A stretch of 64,000 nucleotides of DNA from positions 3,286,001 through 3,350,000 of the forward strand of contig OZ218950.1 of the NCBI GenBank assembly GCA_965112735.1, written 5' to 3'. The stretch comes from Phaeosaccion multiseriatum (taxonomy: Eukaryota > Protista > Ochrophyta, other classes). How positions within the stretch are numbered: position 1 is the first letter of the stretch; every line of letters begins with the position of its first letter. The position numbers and the translations under genes are program-made. The notes beneath the pieces were generated by a model. That model was given only the letters and a program-made list of their open reading frames with translations. It did no database searches and was not told where the DNA came from. Positions 47,142-60,588 of the stretch are shown here, piece by piece.

Positions 47142-50100
47142 TCAGCAGGACCCGCGCGCATTGCCAGTTGCGGCTTTGAATCTTCCCGGGATGCGGCTGA
47201 GAAGCTCTGCCGGGTCTGAGGGCAAGGCAGGCACTTGCTCGTTGTGGGGCAGCTGCCCCTGCCTCTGCATGGCGTGTAGGTACAGGACCATTTCCGAGTG
47301 AGCCGCATCCCTCGCCCTTGCTGTGGCCGCATGAAGAGTGGTGCTGGCGCTGGTGCTGGTGCTGGTACTGCTGCACGAAGAAGAGGGAGAGGGGGAGGAG
47401 GAGGCGAGTTGCAGGAGGAGGGAGGACGGACAAAAGTCCCTAAAGTCCGTCCCTTGCCCCAGCACGGCCGCCGAGGAGGGAGGCACCGCCAGCGCTGCCC
47501 GAGCGAGGAGTGCGACGTTGGGGAAGGAAGTCAACCCCACAGACCTCCACCACCCCAACACGTTGGCCGGGTCTTTGAGCGCACGCCGGTCTTGATTGGA
47601 TAGTTGCATGTCTCGATATCTGCGCACCTCGGCCGCCGCCCGGGCCTCCGTGCTGTGCTTGGTCGCCCTCCTCCTCCTGGCTCCTCCTCCTTCTCTTCCC
47701 TCCCCTCCTTTCCCTCCTCCCGCTCCGCTACCCTCGTCTTCTGTCTCGTCTTCGTCTTCTTCGAAGCCAAAATCGTCATCATCATCATCATCATACTCAT
47801 CATCTTCGTCATAGAGGCCCAAGTTGTCCGCATCTACAGCAGAATTGCGGCTTAGTGACCCTCCTTCTTTCTTGCCACCACCGCTACTGTTGGTGCTGCT
47901 CCTGCCTCCTCCTCCTCCTCCTCCTCCTCCTCCTCCTCCTTCTCCTCCACTTTTCCCCGTCCCTCTCTTGGAGTTTCTGCGCCCTTCTCGAATGACATCC
48001 GCGGTGAAGGAGGTGATGCCCTCCCATATGCAACACCTGGCAGACAGTGCCCCTTCAACAGCAGCAGCAGCAGCAGTAGGAGCAGCAGGATGAGAAGAAC
48101 CACTGCCTCCTCCTCCTCCTCCTCCTCCTCCTCCTCCTCCTCCTCCTCCTCCTCCTCCTCCTCCAGCAGAGGACGCTGTTGGCGACGGCCCTCCTCCCAC
48201 CACCTGCAGCACCCTCTCCACGTACCCCATTCCGCGTGCGTTGGGCACAAGGGCAGCAGCCGTATCAAAGAGCGACATCTGTTGGCTCGTTGCTGCCGTA
48301 TCACCAACTGCTGCTGCTCCTGCTACTGATCCTGCTGCTGCTGCTACCTCCCCTCGTCGCCCCCCACCGTCTCCGTCCCCTCCCCCCCCTTGCACATAGC
48401 GGTTCCTGAAGAATTCATCATCAAGATAGGCTTCAAGGCGGGCCCTCGCCTCCTTGGCGGCAGGCGTCAGCTCATATGGAGCCCTCTGCTGCTGCATCAC
48501 CAACTGCTGCTGCTCTGGTGCCTGGGGGTCGAGCAGGCTCAGCGGCTTGCTCGTGTCGAGGGTGGTGAGGCGCAGGCGTATAAGATGCTGGAGAACATGC
48601 AGGGCCAGTGGTTGCATGGGCGGCCTCTCTGCCGAGGAGGAGGCAGGGGATGAAAGAGACACAGCCGCCTGAACGGCCGTCGTCACCGGAGCCATGATGG
48701 AGTACAGCTCCAGCAGCGCCACTCGGTCCTGTGCGGAGAAAGTAAGGAAAGAAGGGCTCTCTCTCGGCCTACTGGTGCCGTTGCTGTTGTTCTGCCCTTC
48801 TCCTTTCCCTGCTGAGCGGCCTTGCCCCTGCCCCCCCCCATCTGCCAACACTTCAGCGGCTACTGCTGCTGCGACGGCGTCTACGGCTGTATCACCAATT
48901 GCTGGTGCTGTTGTATCACCAACTGCTGCTGCCGCACGCCCTGAGTATACCCCTTCCAGTTCATCGTAGCTTCGGAGGAAGCGCCTCACAGACTCGGTAT
49001 TGTGGATACAGCGGTTGACGACTCCGTTTCCCAAACAGTCGATCTGCAAGTGACACACAGTTTGAGTTTTGCGGCGTAAAGGGGACGGATTGGGGGTGGG
49101 GGGCGGAGGAAACATGAGAGGCAATCATAATCATGCGCATTAAAGTGAGAGCATCAAACCCATCCATCCTCATCCAATGAAACGGCAATGGCGATCGGGA
49201 TGGCTTTTGTCGTCTCCTCCTCCGTACTCCTCCTCCGTACCTCCTCCCCATCAAAGAAGTCCAGTGAGCGTTCCCCTTCGGCCCCCCTTCCTCCTTCTTC
49301 TTCTCCTCCTCCTCCTCCTCCTCCTCCTCCTCCTCCTCCTCCTCCTCCCAGGCGGGCGGCTCCCACGGGGGTGCGCAGTTGTTCGGCGAGGTGCTGCTGT
49401 GTGAACAACACTTTGTCAAGTACAGCGCGGGACGCAGTCACCGCCTTGCCACACCCGTCTTGCTCCTCAGAGTCAGAGATGCTGTCGCCGCCACTCCTAC
49501 TCCTCTCAGTCCTCGTTCCGCTATTGCCGCTACCACGGCTGCTGCTGCTGCTGCTACTGCTACTGTTGCCCACATTCATTCCAAAGGCGCGAATGACCGC
49601 CGCAGAGAGGAAGTGGGGGACGGAGCTCTCCGACCTCTGACAGCCGAAGCCTTGAGCCGCCCATGAGGAGCGCTGCCCATCTGTTGCAGGGCGTAGGTGT
49701 GGAGGGCAGGGGAAAGGAGATGAAATGGAGAAGAAAAGGGGGGTGCATGACAAGGGGGCTCTCTCTCTCACACACACACACACACACATGCATACACACG
49801 CTTTCAACGATGCACTGTGACACATCCGCTTGACCCTAGCGCAGGTGCAGCAATCTTGCAGCTCCCCGGAGGTGTAGAGTATGTACCGTTGTCCTCGTTT
49901 CACTCTGTACCTGTGACTCGACTCGGAGACGGCGCGAAGCTTCGCCGGAGGTCGAGACTGAAGTTGCCGCTGCTGTCGCTGCTGTCCCTCGAGCTGCTGT
50001 CCGTAGCCACGGTGGCGAAAACGTCAGCGCGTGGGTCCAGGCCCAAGTCGATCAGGACCGACTCAGCCCACAGCTTTACAGCAGCAGTTGGTGATACAGC

Positions 50101-50861
50101 AGCAGCAGGAGGCGAGCGAGTCCCCCCGGGTGGGCTGAACTGGAACAATTTGATGGCCAGCAGGGCCGACTTCAGCTGCCACTCCTTGCTGATCCACCAC
50201 ACTCGCAATCCTGAGAGAGAGACAGTGGAAGGAAGACACGGTATCCATGATCGTCTCAGCAGCGGCAGCAGTAGGAGCAGCAGCAGCAGGAGGAGGAGGA
50301 AGAGGAGAAGGAGAGCGCTCGAGATGCGTGCCCCAGAGGCAATGAACATTCTATCAACTGACGCCTACGCTGATCGGCAAACAGCAGAGGCCACCCACGC
50401 ATCATCTATCAACCCTACCACAGCCCCACACCTGACACTCACCGACGAGCTTGGACCCGCTTGCCGCGTAACGATGGGGCGTCCACACGTCGAGAGCCAC
50501 CGTCAGCAGTGGAGTGTGCGCATCTCTCACCACCTCCTGCAGGGCCTGCTGGTGAGGGGCCACAGTGGCCGTGTAGAGCTCGAGAAGGAGGTGCTGCACT
50601 CGCTGCTGCCTCAGAGTGGACAAGAAGGAGCTGGCGGTGGCGGTGGCACTGCTGCTGCTGCTACTGCTGCTGTTGCCACCGCCGTTTGTGGTGAGGGTGT
50701 GTAGGGAGGAGAAGCAGCGCAGCACGTTCGGGTCTTCCAGGAAGGTAGCGGGCAGCAACTGGCTCACCATAAGCCCCTTGACGAAGGTGAGTTGGCAGGG
50801 ACGCGTCTTACTGGCCCGGATCACCGCCTGGTTTGGCTGTCGTACCCGCTGCTGCTGCTGC

Positions 50862-50893
<32 letters not shown>

Positions 50894-52144
50894 CTGCTGT
50901 TGGTGATGGTACTGCTGCTGATGCGGCGGCGGCGGCTGTTGAGGGTACACATGTTGGGTATACGCAGGGTAGCCTGGCGACGGCAACCGTGTCCCCTGAG
51001 CAGCTGGTGGGGCTGGTGGTGGTGCTGGTGCTGCTGTTGCTGATAGGAACCCTGTCGAGCTTCCAGGAAGAAGCCCAAACCCGCCTACTGGGGCGGGGCC
51101 GGAGGCGGAGACGGAGCCGTGCGGGATCTGAGGGACCTGCTGGTGTTGCTGTCTGGCTAGCCTCCTCCTCTTAGCCGCCGACCCTTGCCCCCCCCCCTCC
51201 TTCCCCGCTCTGGCCTTGCCGCCCTGCTTCATGATATTGTGGAACTGAGCCAAGTGGTCTGTGGCGCTGCTGGTCACCTGCGTCGTTCGTGTGCGTATGT
51301 ATGGGGAGAGGATACCGAGTGCACCGCGGGTGCCCATCCATGAGCAAGCACACAAAAGGACGGGGAACAGGGTGAGGGAATGACAAGCAGACCGAGACGG
51401 ACACACAGAGAGAGAGAGAGAGAGAGAGAGGGAGAAAGAAAGAGAGAGAGACATGAACAAGCAAACAAAAACTGTGAGGATTTGCCCCACATCGACATTC
51501 CCCCCCTTACCCTGGGCGACATCTTAATGAGGGTGTGAGCATCTCTACACCGCTCACTCGCCAAGCACGCCCAGCGCTCCTGGTAGCCAGGGGCCGCCCT
51601 CAGGACCTCGTCTTTGAGCTGGAGACGCACCCCCCAGTTGTACACGAGGGATCTGTGTGTAGAACATAGATACATCGGAACATGGATAGGTGCGTACAGC
51701 ACACAAGAAGGAGCCGGGCGGAGTGTGATGGTTGGGGGGGGGGACGCAGAGGAGGTGTCTTGTGTCAGGAGAGAGAGAGAGAGAGAGAGAGAGAGCGGGG
51801 AGGTTGTGAGAGGCAGAACAAGATGGGGAGGGGGGGGGTCAGTTGCTTCCTCACCGATTGGCAGTGTTCCGGGGGATGAGCGTTCGCTCAAACTCCGGAG
51901 AGGGCACGTAGGCTGCGATGGCGCTCACAACGGCCGGTGGCACAGGGATTTGCTCACGTGGCTCTTTGTGCTGCTGCTGTTGCGGCTGCTGCTGTTGCAG
52001 TGGCAGCGGATGCTGTTGGTGTGGATGCTGTGATGGATGGTGCTGATGCTGCTGTGGATGCTGCTGTGGATGGTGCTGATGCTGCTGATGTTGACCCTGC
52101 TGATGCTGTTGGTGCGGGGGCTGGTGCTGGTGCTGCGAATACAT
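47142..52144 (-). CDS. Domesticated hAT-superfamily transposase-derived protein (BED-type Zn finger plus hAT C-terminal dimerisation domain)
   Basis: Exons at ~52144-51855, 51652-51511, 51277-50443, 50210-49911, 49680-~49160 and 49043-47142. BED-like WACLASERC...SATDHLAQFH, catalytic-core motifs VALDVWT and VATDSS, and C-terminal VLGWWRS...FPNVALLARAALAVPPSSA. Confidence 0.8.
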
Positions 52145-52542
52145 GGGGGGGGCGGGCCGCCAGCTGTGGCCTCCACCTGTTGGTCGCGTCTGTCACGAAG
52201 GGCGAACAAAGAAAAGAGGGTACAAACGAGCGGCAGTTGAGGCATACTACTGCTGGCGGATTTTCCCGCCGATTCCTCTCTCCCTTCCCTCGCGACTCTC
52301 TCGCTCCTCTCGGGGTTAAGCAACTTCTCGTCCAAACAGAGTAGGGTACATCCAATAAGGGGGGGGCAACGAGGAGGGCCCCCCACGTGTACGCACCTCG
52401 ATCGTGACACAGTGCTCTTCGTGGAGATTCTTTCCTTTCTTCCTTCCTGTTAACTACTCTGGTGGCCCATTAACGCCTCGACTTCATTGACATATTCCTC
52501 TCTTCTTTCCCCCTCCCTCCTTCGCGCTACAATCTCTGGAAG

Positions 52543-55500
52543 ATGAACAGCCACGCACGGCGAAGGCGAGGAGCAGGGGGAGGAGGGGGGGGAGGAGGAG
52601 GGATATTCAACCTATTCCCTATTGCGCTGCTCCTCTGTGTAGCCGTGTATCTATCGCTCTCCATGATTTTCTTCCAAAAGAGCTTCGGTCCCATCGGCGC
52701 GGAGGGTCCGGGGAACCTCCCTGTCCAGCAGAAGCAGCAACAACCGCAGCAGGCGGATAGGGGCGGGTGAGTTGCTCCTACGGCTTTTCTTCTGTGGCTC
52801 CTCACTGACATGTTTCGTTTCTGTACTTGTCATCGTGTGGCGTAAGACTGGGGAAGGACAACAGGATCGAACAGATCGCACAAGCCTCGGCCAAGGCTAG
52901 CGCGGAGAGAGCAGCCCAAGCGCGGGAGGCCGCGGCGGCAGAGGAGGAAGCTGCCGCGAAAGAGAAGGACGCTGCGGTGGAGGAGGAGGTGGAGCGCGTA
53001 GAGAAAGAGGCGGCATTAGCAGCAGCGGTAGAAGCTGCTCGAAGGGAGGAAGAGGAAAGGGTAGAGAGGGAGGCGGCAGAAAATGCGGCAGAGCATGCAG
53101 CAGCTGCCGCCGCTGCCAAAGAACAACAAGAGGATAAGAGGGCTGGAATAGAGGTAGTAGAAGCAAGGGCAGACACCGAAGAATCGCTTGGAGCAGGTAT
53201 TGCAACAGGCGAGACGCCTCAGGCAGGCTTGAATGCCGATGCCGAGGGACAGCCGGACGTCGAAGCGGTCGGGGAGGGTGCTGGAGCAGTGCAGCAAGAA
53301 GGAGGGGTGGCGGAGACTGATGCCAATGTAAAGGTGAGACAGGAGGAGGAGGAGGGAGCGGAGGAGAAGGGGGGGGGGGGAGGAGGGGGAAATAGCAGCA
53401 CAGCAGAAGGGAGAGGAGAAGGGGGAAGAGGAACGAAGAGCTCAGAAGAAGGAGGAAGCAGCACAGAAAGTGACAGAGAAAGCCGTACAGGAAGCAATAA
53501 AAAAGGTAGCAGCAGAGCAGGCGGAAGCAAAAAGAGTTCAGAAGAAGGAGGAAGCAGCACAGAAAGTGACAGAGAAAGAGAAAGCCGTACAGGAAGCAAT
53601 AAAAAAGGAAGCAGCAGAGCAGGCGGAAGCAAAAAGAGCTCAGAAGAAGGAGGAAGCAGCACAGAAAGTGACAGAGAAAGAGAAAGCCGTACAGGAAGCA
53701 ATAAAAAAGGAAGCAGCAGAGCAGGCGGAAGCAAAAAGAGCTCAGAAGAAGGAGGAAGCAGCACAGAAAGTGACAGAGAAAGCCGTACAGGAAGCAGCAG
53801 AGCAGGCGGAAGCAAAAAAGAAGAGGCTCGCCATCATGGAGAGGGCGAGGTTGCGACAAATTCGCGAAGGGAAAGCAGCAGCGGCACAAGTGAAGAAAAT
53901 GTTTCGTCTTGGAGAGGAAGACGACGATGTAGAAGACATTGCAACTGACGATGGTGATGATAAGTCTAAACATGGAGACTCAGGTCCAGTGTTCCTGGAG
54001 GGGAGTATGGCCCTACTGGGGGGCGAGTTCGCCCATGACACCTCACTACAGTCTCACTTTCTCAAGGTTCGTTGTTATCGGCGCCCTGTCCTCTCCTTTC
54101 CTCTCCGCTCTAGCCACCCCCATTACCCCACTTTCCTTCTTTCTTTCTTCCTTCCTTCAATCCTTACTTACCTCTTCACCCTTTCACTCCTTCCCCCTCC
54201 TCTAAAGACTGCTTTCCCAACCCCCCCGCCACCCCCCACCCCCCACCGCGTGTATGCGTACTCTTCGCTTTCGTGTCCCCCCCTATCTGGCCGCCCAAAA
54301 CCAAAAGGAGGAGAGGAAACAAAAAAAGATGGAAAAGGAGCAGCTAGAGAACGTCGAGGAAGGAGGAGGAGAATCTGAGGTTGGAGGAAAGGCCGTCGAG
54401 GGGTACTTCGTTCAAATCAATGCAGGCGTAGACGATCAAGGTGCAGGTGCAGAGGGGGACGAGGGGGCTGTCTCAGGTACGAGAGAAAGGGAGAGGGAGA
54501 GAGAGAGAGGAGGAGGAGGAGGAGGAGGAGGAGGAGGAGGAGGAGGAGGAGGAGGAGGAAGAAGACTTTAAAAGGAGGCGAACGAAGTGGGGCTGAAGCT
54601 ACCCTTTTCCTCTTGTGGGGCTGAATCTGCTTTTTGATCTCCGTAGCTTTGCTTTGTGTGTGTGTGTGCTGTCACATGGGAAGGAAGGAAGGATTTGAAG
54701 TGCTGACCACAACACGACACACGACGCACCCCCCGCACCCACACCGCTCACACTGGTGTTCTACCAACTCTTTAATTTTTCGTTCCACATACATGTCGAC
54801 CACAGCCGGACCGCTCACCAAGGAGGAGGCCTCCCCCCAAACCCCCGCCACGGAGAGAGAGTTCCCCCCACCTCGCATCGCAACGATGAGGTGCGGCAAC
54901 ACGCAACAAGGGGAGGGTAGGGACCGTATAGCAAACATCGCCTACTGGCAGGACAATGCCAAGGATAGAGCCGCGCCTAACCCGGTGGCCAGCCTGGGGC
55001 CCAAGAGGAAGTATGTGTGCTTTCATCAGATGCCGAGTGGCTGGAACAACGTCAGGTACAGGAAGGGAGGGAGGGGGGGGCGGAGGGAGGGACGGAGGGA
55101 GCGGATGGAGGGAGGGAAAAGGCCTTTGTTCCTTGCTCCTTGCCAACCAACTTCCAACGAACTGCACTGATTCCCCTCCTCCGCGCACAGGATGGAGATG
55201 GAGACTGTGCTCGCCTTCGCCGCGTACACGGGGCGCACACTCGTACTGCCGCCCCGAGTGGGCATCATGTCGCACAGGGGGTTCGACTTTGAGGACTTTT
55301 TCGAGTTCGAGGGGTTCAAGAGCCACATCAACATCATCAGCGTCGAGCAGTAAGTCAATGAGAGAAATGAGGGGTTGCATATGCGAGTCAGGCTTGGCAT
55401 CTTTGAATGAGGAAAAGTCAGTGGAGAACAATGAGCGATTTTGATTGGGGGTGCTTCAGAGTGATGAGCGATGGAGGTGCTGCGGTGCTGCGGTCGTCAT

Positions 55501-56458
55501 GATCGTGACAGGAGTGGATCGGGTAGTTTGTGTCCTCCTCCTCCTCACCCCCCCTTTCGCCCCTGTTCCTCCCTACCTCCTCCGTGCCCCCCCCCCCCCT
55601 TCCACTCCTGCCCCTCCCTCCCTCCCTCCGTCCCTCCCTCCCTCCCTTCAACCAAAACCCAAACAGATTCTTCGACGAAATAGCGGAGGACCCATCCCTC
55701 CCTCAGCCCTCCGAACTCGTACGGTCGGACGCACGCACCTCCGCCACCAATAAGAAGCACATGTACGCTTACTTCATGGAGCTCGGGGCTCTGGGCAACA
55801 ACGAGGGGGGACTACCCAGGTACCGGCCTGGCAAGTACGGCTTCGTGTTGCCCTTCGAGGCCGGGGGGGAGCTTGACCCTGAGGACCCGCGCTGGGAGGA
55901 AGGGCGGTGAGTGGCGTGAGTGAGTGCGTGAGTGCGTCAGTACGTGAGTGCGTGAGTGCGTGAGCGTAGCACGGGGCGCGGGAGGAGCGGTTAGGGAGGC
56001 GTGCGTGTGTGTGTGCGTGTCATGTCCGGTGCCCTTGACCCATGCAATATCCCGGCTGCTTGCTTCCCTCGCATGGGGACCTTCTGCTATCTTCCCTTCT
56101 TATCTTAACTCCCTCCCCTCCCCTCCCCTCCCTCCCCTCTCTCCTTCCCCTTCCCTCTCCTTCCCTCCCCTCCCCACCAGCTACCTCGGCTGGCTGAACA
56201 CCCGCCAGGCTGTGGAGTACAACAAAGACATGCAAGACGCTCCCGTCATCTTCTTCGACGACACGGCCGATGCACGCCGCCTCACTCACTTCTACACCTT
56301 CATTACGCACTCCGACAAGGCCGTGTCCAATGCCCACTTGCGTATGATGCGGGACCTGTTGCACTACAGACAGGAGGTGTTTTGCAAGGCCAGTCAGGTG
56401 GGTGGTCGGTGCTTCTCTCTCTCTCTCCCTCTCCCTCTCCCTCTCGCTCTCTCTTTTA

Positions 56459-56489
<31 letters not shown>

Positions 56490-57067
56490 GCCCTACATGT
56501 GTATACCCTCCTTTGTGCCCTCCTTGGCAGGTGCGAACACCAAGGGAAACGTGTCTCAGCCTTGTCTTTTGTTTTCCGTAACTGTTTTCGCTTCTCACCG
56601 CTGCTCTCGTCTCTTGTCCTCCTCTTTCCCCCTCCCTTCCCCCCACCCTTCTTCCTCTCCTACCAGGTTATCTCCATGATCAAAGAGGCCACAGGCGGAG
56701 CAGACTTCAGCACCTTCCACGTGAGGCGGGGTGACTTCCAAAAGTCCTACAAGAGAGTTATCATGTCAGGGGAGCAGCTCTTGCTCAACAGTCAAGACTA
56801 CCTTAAGGTCAGCGGGGCAGGAAAGGAGGAGGAGGAGGAGGAGGAAGAGGAGGAGGAGGAGGAGGAGGAGGAGCAGGACGAGGAGGAGGAGCAGGACGAG
56901 GAGTACAAGGAAATTGGATTTGAGTTTCATGGGAGAGACGTGAGCCTGATGTAGCTGTAATTGTCAGTCAAGCCATCCTGAGCGCCGACAGGCGAGAATG
57001 TACTGCCTTGGGCACACCGCCAGACTGCTGTCCCCCCCCTCTCACACCCCCATGTCACGTCCACCAC

Positions 57068-57099
<32 letters not shown>

Positions 57100-57639
57100 C
57101 TGTATATTTTTCTTCCCTCACACCTCACTCACGCCCCTCCGCCTGTCTCACACCCGCAGGAGGGAGAGACGATCTACATCGCCACGGACGAGAAAGACAT
57201 GAGTTACTTTGAGCCGCTGCGCGCTCGCTACACGCTCCTCTTCCTCGACGACTTCTTTGAACGGGCGGGGGTGGGCGAGCTCGCGTCTGCCTCCATACCA
57301 ATGGTGGACAGCATCATCGCGGCACAGGGTAGGACATTCACCGGCACTTACTTTAGCACCTTCTCCGGCTACATTGTGCGGCTCAGGGGCTACTACGGAC
57401 ACCCCCTGGAGTCCAATTGGTAAGTGCGTGTGCGTACGTTCTCTTCTTACGTCGCTCCGCTCCGCTTCCAGTTCGGTCTCACTGCCTGTCCCTCTGTGAA
57501 CTTGAAGGACAGGCCGGCGGCTGATTCGGAAGCCCCTGGGCCTTCTCAGCGCCCTTCATAGCACCCTTTCCGATGTGCTTTGCCTCACCAACCCTGCACT
57601 GCCCATCACTTCCCCCCTGCCTCCCCGCCTCCCTCCCTG

Positions 57640-57670
<31 letters not shown>

Positions 57671-57868
57671 CCGCTGTACCTCTTTCAACCCTGCACTCCC
57701 TCGCTTCCCCTTAGGAATTTCTTTTTACCCAAGCAAAAGGACTACCACGAGAGGTACTGGCCCGTGCCTCCGTTTTGGATGCGCGAGTGGCCTGTGGGAT
57801 GGGAAGACATTGATGAAGTGGCGCCTTTGCCTCCTCTCTCGGACGTGGCGACAGTCGAGGTAGTGTAA
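52543..57868 (+). CDS. GDP-fucose protein O-fucosyltransferase-family protein (type II membrane, long coiled-coil stem)
   Basis: N-terminal TM. Motifs SGWNNVR|MEMETVLAFAAYTGRTLVLPP, FSTFHVRRGDF, IYIATDE, GRTFTGTYFSTFSGYIVRLRGYYG and FWMREWPVGWEDID. Multi-exon, with a probable G-run error at 53369-53380. Confidence 0.88.
53438..53820 (+). repeat. Coding tandem repeat, ~105-111-bp unit, ~3.5 copies
   Basis: RAQKKEEAAQKVTEK(EK)AVQEAIKKEAAEQAEAK is repeated with near-identical DNA. Confidence 0.92.
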
Positions 57869-59223
57869 AGGGCGACTCTTTTGTGTACAAATCGAGTTGT
57901 GTCGCTCTCGGGGAGGGGTATGGCACAGGCGGAGGCCTGTTTTGGCATATGCGTCCATCGGTGCTTTGACTTCGAGGGGTGGGGTTCATGCCAACTGTGA
58001 GAGAGCTTCTCTCCGCCCGTTGGATTGGGCAACAGGGTGCCCGCCCGCTTGGAGGTTTCACAGCAACGTAACTGAGCGAAGGCGCTTCTGTATACTGCTG
58101 CGACCACCGCAGCTCTAGCCCGTGGCGGGCCCCGCAGCTGCAACTTAGTGCACAGGGCTCTTCGATGTGCCCATTCCGCGGGTGGCAAGTTGAAGTTGAA
58201 GTTGATTGCATGCGATGGATCATACTTATGGGCCGTTCGAGGTCAAGAGTCGACAGGGGTCTGTGGGATCAAGTCAGGCAGCGGGGTGAGACGTCAAGCG
58301 AAGGAAGGCTGTTATGTGGCCACTGCAGCACACGAGACGGGGCTGACGGCCTCACAGCTGATATCATACACACGGCATCACCATTCTCAGCGGCTTGGGT
58401 TGGTGGCGGATGGAGGGACAGGTCACAAGAAGGGTTATCTCAAACTTTTTGTATTCCTGTGTTTACCTACGCAAGAGAGGTAAGCGAAAGCCCGGGCCGA
58501 TTCTCTCTCCTCTACGATGTGGCGAGGAAGCGATCGATGTTCACGGGAAGAGGAGGGTCTGGTTTAGACACCCGTAGCAGATGCTCGAGCAGCCTACGCC
58601 TCTACCTGGTGGCGGTGTGCGTCTTCGCCCCCCCCCCCCCTCCTCAGCCGCTGGGGGGCGCCTGCGCTTTTGGACGAGCATGAGAGAGAGAGCAGGCTTA
58701 GAAGGCGGCTTTAGTGAAAGCAACACGTGCGCCTCGGGGGTAGGGGGGCGTCGCTGTGTTGCGTGTGTCTCCTTGAGGCCTGGCGACTTCACTACCGCCC
58801 CTGCCTCACCCCCCGTGGAATTTTCACTGGGGAATTTCCTCTGGCCTGGAGAGCGGAGAAGGGGCACGAGACAAAAGCCCCCGCCCTGGCCCCTTGCCCT
58901 GCAGGAGAGATGGAGCAGTAGGAGCAGGACGTAGGAGCTCATAAGCTCATATCCCACCAATACATGCGCTTATCGCCCTTGCGCCCTCCCGTGAGTACAG
59001 CACTTGCTGCTCAGTCAGTGAGTGCAGTGACTGACTGCCCAGGCCTGTGCCCGACCGACAAGGCCCAGCAGCACCACTCCATTGGGCTTCAGCGTCGCGA
59101 AGCAGCGAGAGGGCCAAGTCCAGTCGAGCTCGCTCATCCCAAGCATGTATGCCCCGAGGCTTGTTGTGTACTTTCACCCCGTCTGACGGTCGCATCTGCC
59201 TGTCGGTGAATGGCGGGTGAGTG

Positions 59224-60089
59224 CTAATCTCGGGGAGTGGCAGTAGTAGCGGCGCCCAGCGAAGGGGGGCGCAGGGGCGTCTCCACCTGCAGATGAAGCA
59301 CCTATAGATTAATCACATACACACACAGAGAGAGAGACTCTTCTGAGGGCAAAGGAATGGCGACTTCTCGGCAAGGCCGAGCATCAGCCGAAGGATACTT
59401 CGCGACACAACCTGGGAGCAGATGCTCTCGGAGAAGCGCATGGTGGGAAGGGGAATCGTCCAGGTAAGGAAGAAAGGGAACTCCTTCCTTCCCCTCACCT
59501 TGGTCGCAGGGTGCTGCTTAGTTTCCAGCCCAGTGACGTTCCTGAAGCATAGCCAGTAGGCAGTAAAGTGGCGGTAGAAGGACTCCGACACAAAGTCAGT
59601 GATGAGCGTGATGTCATGCAGACTAAAGACCGCATCGTCAGCACCTTTTCCTCCTGCTGCTGCTGCCTCGGCGATGAAGACACCCTTGAAGGCCTTAAAG
59701 CTCTCCTGTACACTGCACGTCGTTTGTGCCATGGCTTGCTCAAACACCGTCTGCATGCCGCGGAGGAAGACGAGTATTTGCCTGCGCCGAGAGAGTGAGA
59801 AATAAATGGCAAAAGAGGAGGACGGCAGAGGAACCCCTGGTCAGATATGTCTTATCATGATATTTTCACCCCTCCTCCCCCTCCTCCCAATACTTATGTC
59901 CCACCTGTTGGTGAAGCTCTGCTCGAGCGCGAAGCTGAGGTTGTAGTAATGGAAGTCTGCGAGGATTGAGTTCTCGCGCGTCGGGCCTGGATACGCTAGG
60001 CCCAAGCTCTGTGCCAGAAGCTGGAGACGGCGCTGAGGCTCATCGCATTCCTGCAGGCGAGACACCTGCTCAGCACACAGCTCAGACAT
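59224..60089 (-). CDS. CFAP119: CLAMP-domain ciliary central-pair protein (CFAP119/CCDC189/C1a-32-like)
   Basis: Exons 60089-59905, 59781-59499 and 59286-59224. Motifs ILADFHYYNLSFALEQSF, ESFKAFK, VFSLHDITLITDFVSESFYRHFTAY and VETP..PPSL. Confidence 0.75.
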
Positions 60090-60330
60090 GGCTGCTTTGG
60101 GCTGAAGGGAGAGCAAGCAGTGCCCCCGAGCCGTTATTCGCTGACTTACTGAACGGTTACAGAATTTCTGTTCAAAAAAAAAAACAAAAAAAAACTTGCA
60201 AAAGTAATGGATGGGTTCACATCGGTTCACGCCAGCAGCTACTATGGGGCACAGTATAGGAAAGAATAGACAGAGCGATAGAAGAAGGGGCAGCAGGGGC
60301 TTGCGTCGCTGGTGGCCGCCAGACGACGAA

Positions 60331-60534
60331 ATGCCTTTTTTCAAGAACATCGATACCGAGACTTGCCTCACTGACCTGCACTGTCCTGGCGCGTTTCTTT
60401 GCTCTCCAGGTGAGCTATTGCTATAAGCAACTTCTCGTCAAGCTCATACTTTCCTTTTCTCTGCTGCTGACGCTCTCTCTTCTTTTTTGCTGTTGACACT
60501 CTCTCTGGCTTGTGCTCTCTCCTGCTGCTCCTGC

Positions 60535-60588
<54 letters not shown>

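Noticed and set aside
53438-53820. Possible CRISPR-like array
   Set aside because: It is a coding tandem repeat with no unique spacers, in a eukaryotic context with no cas genes.
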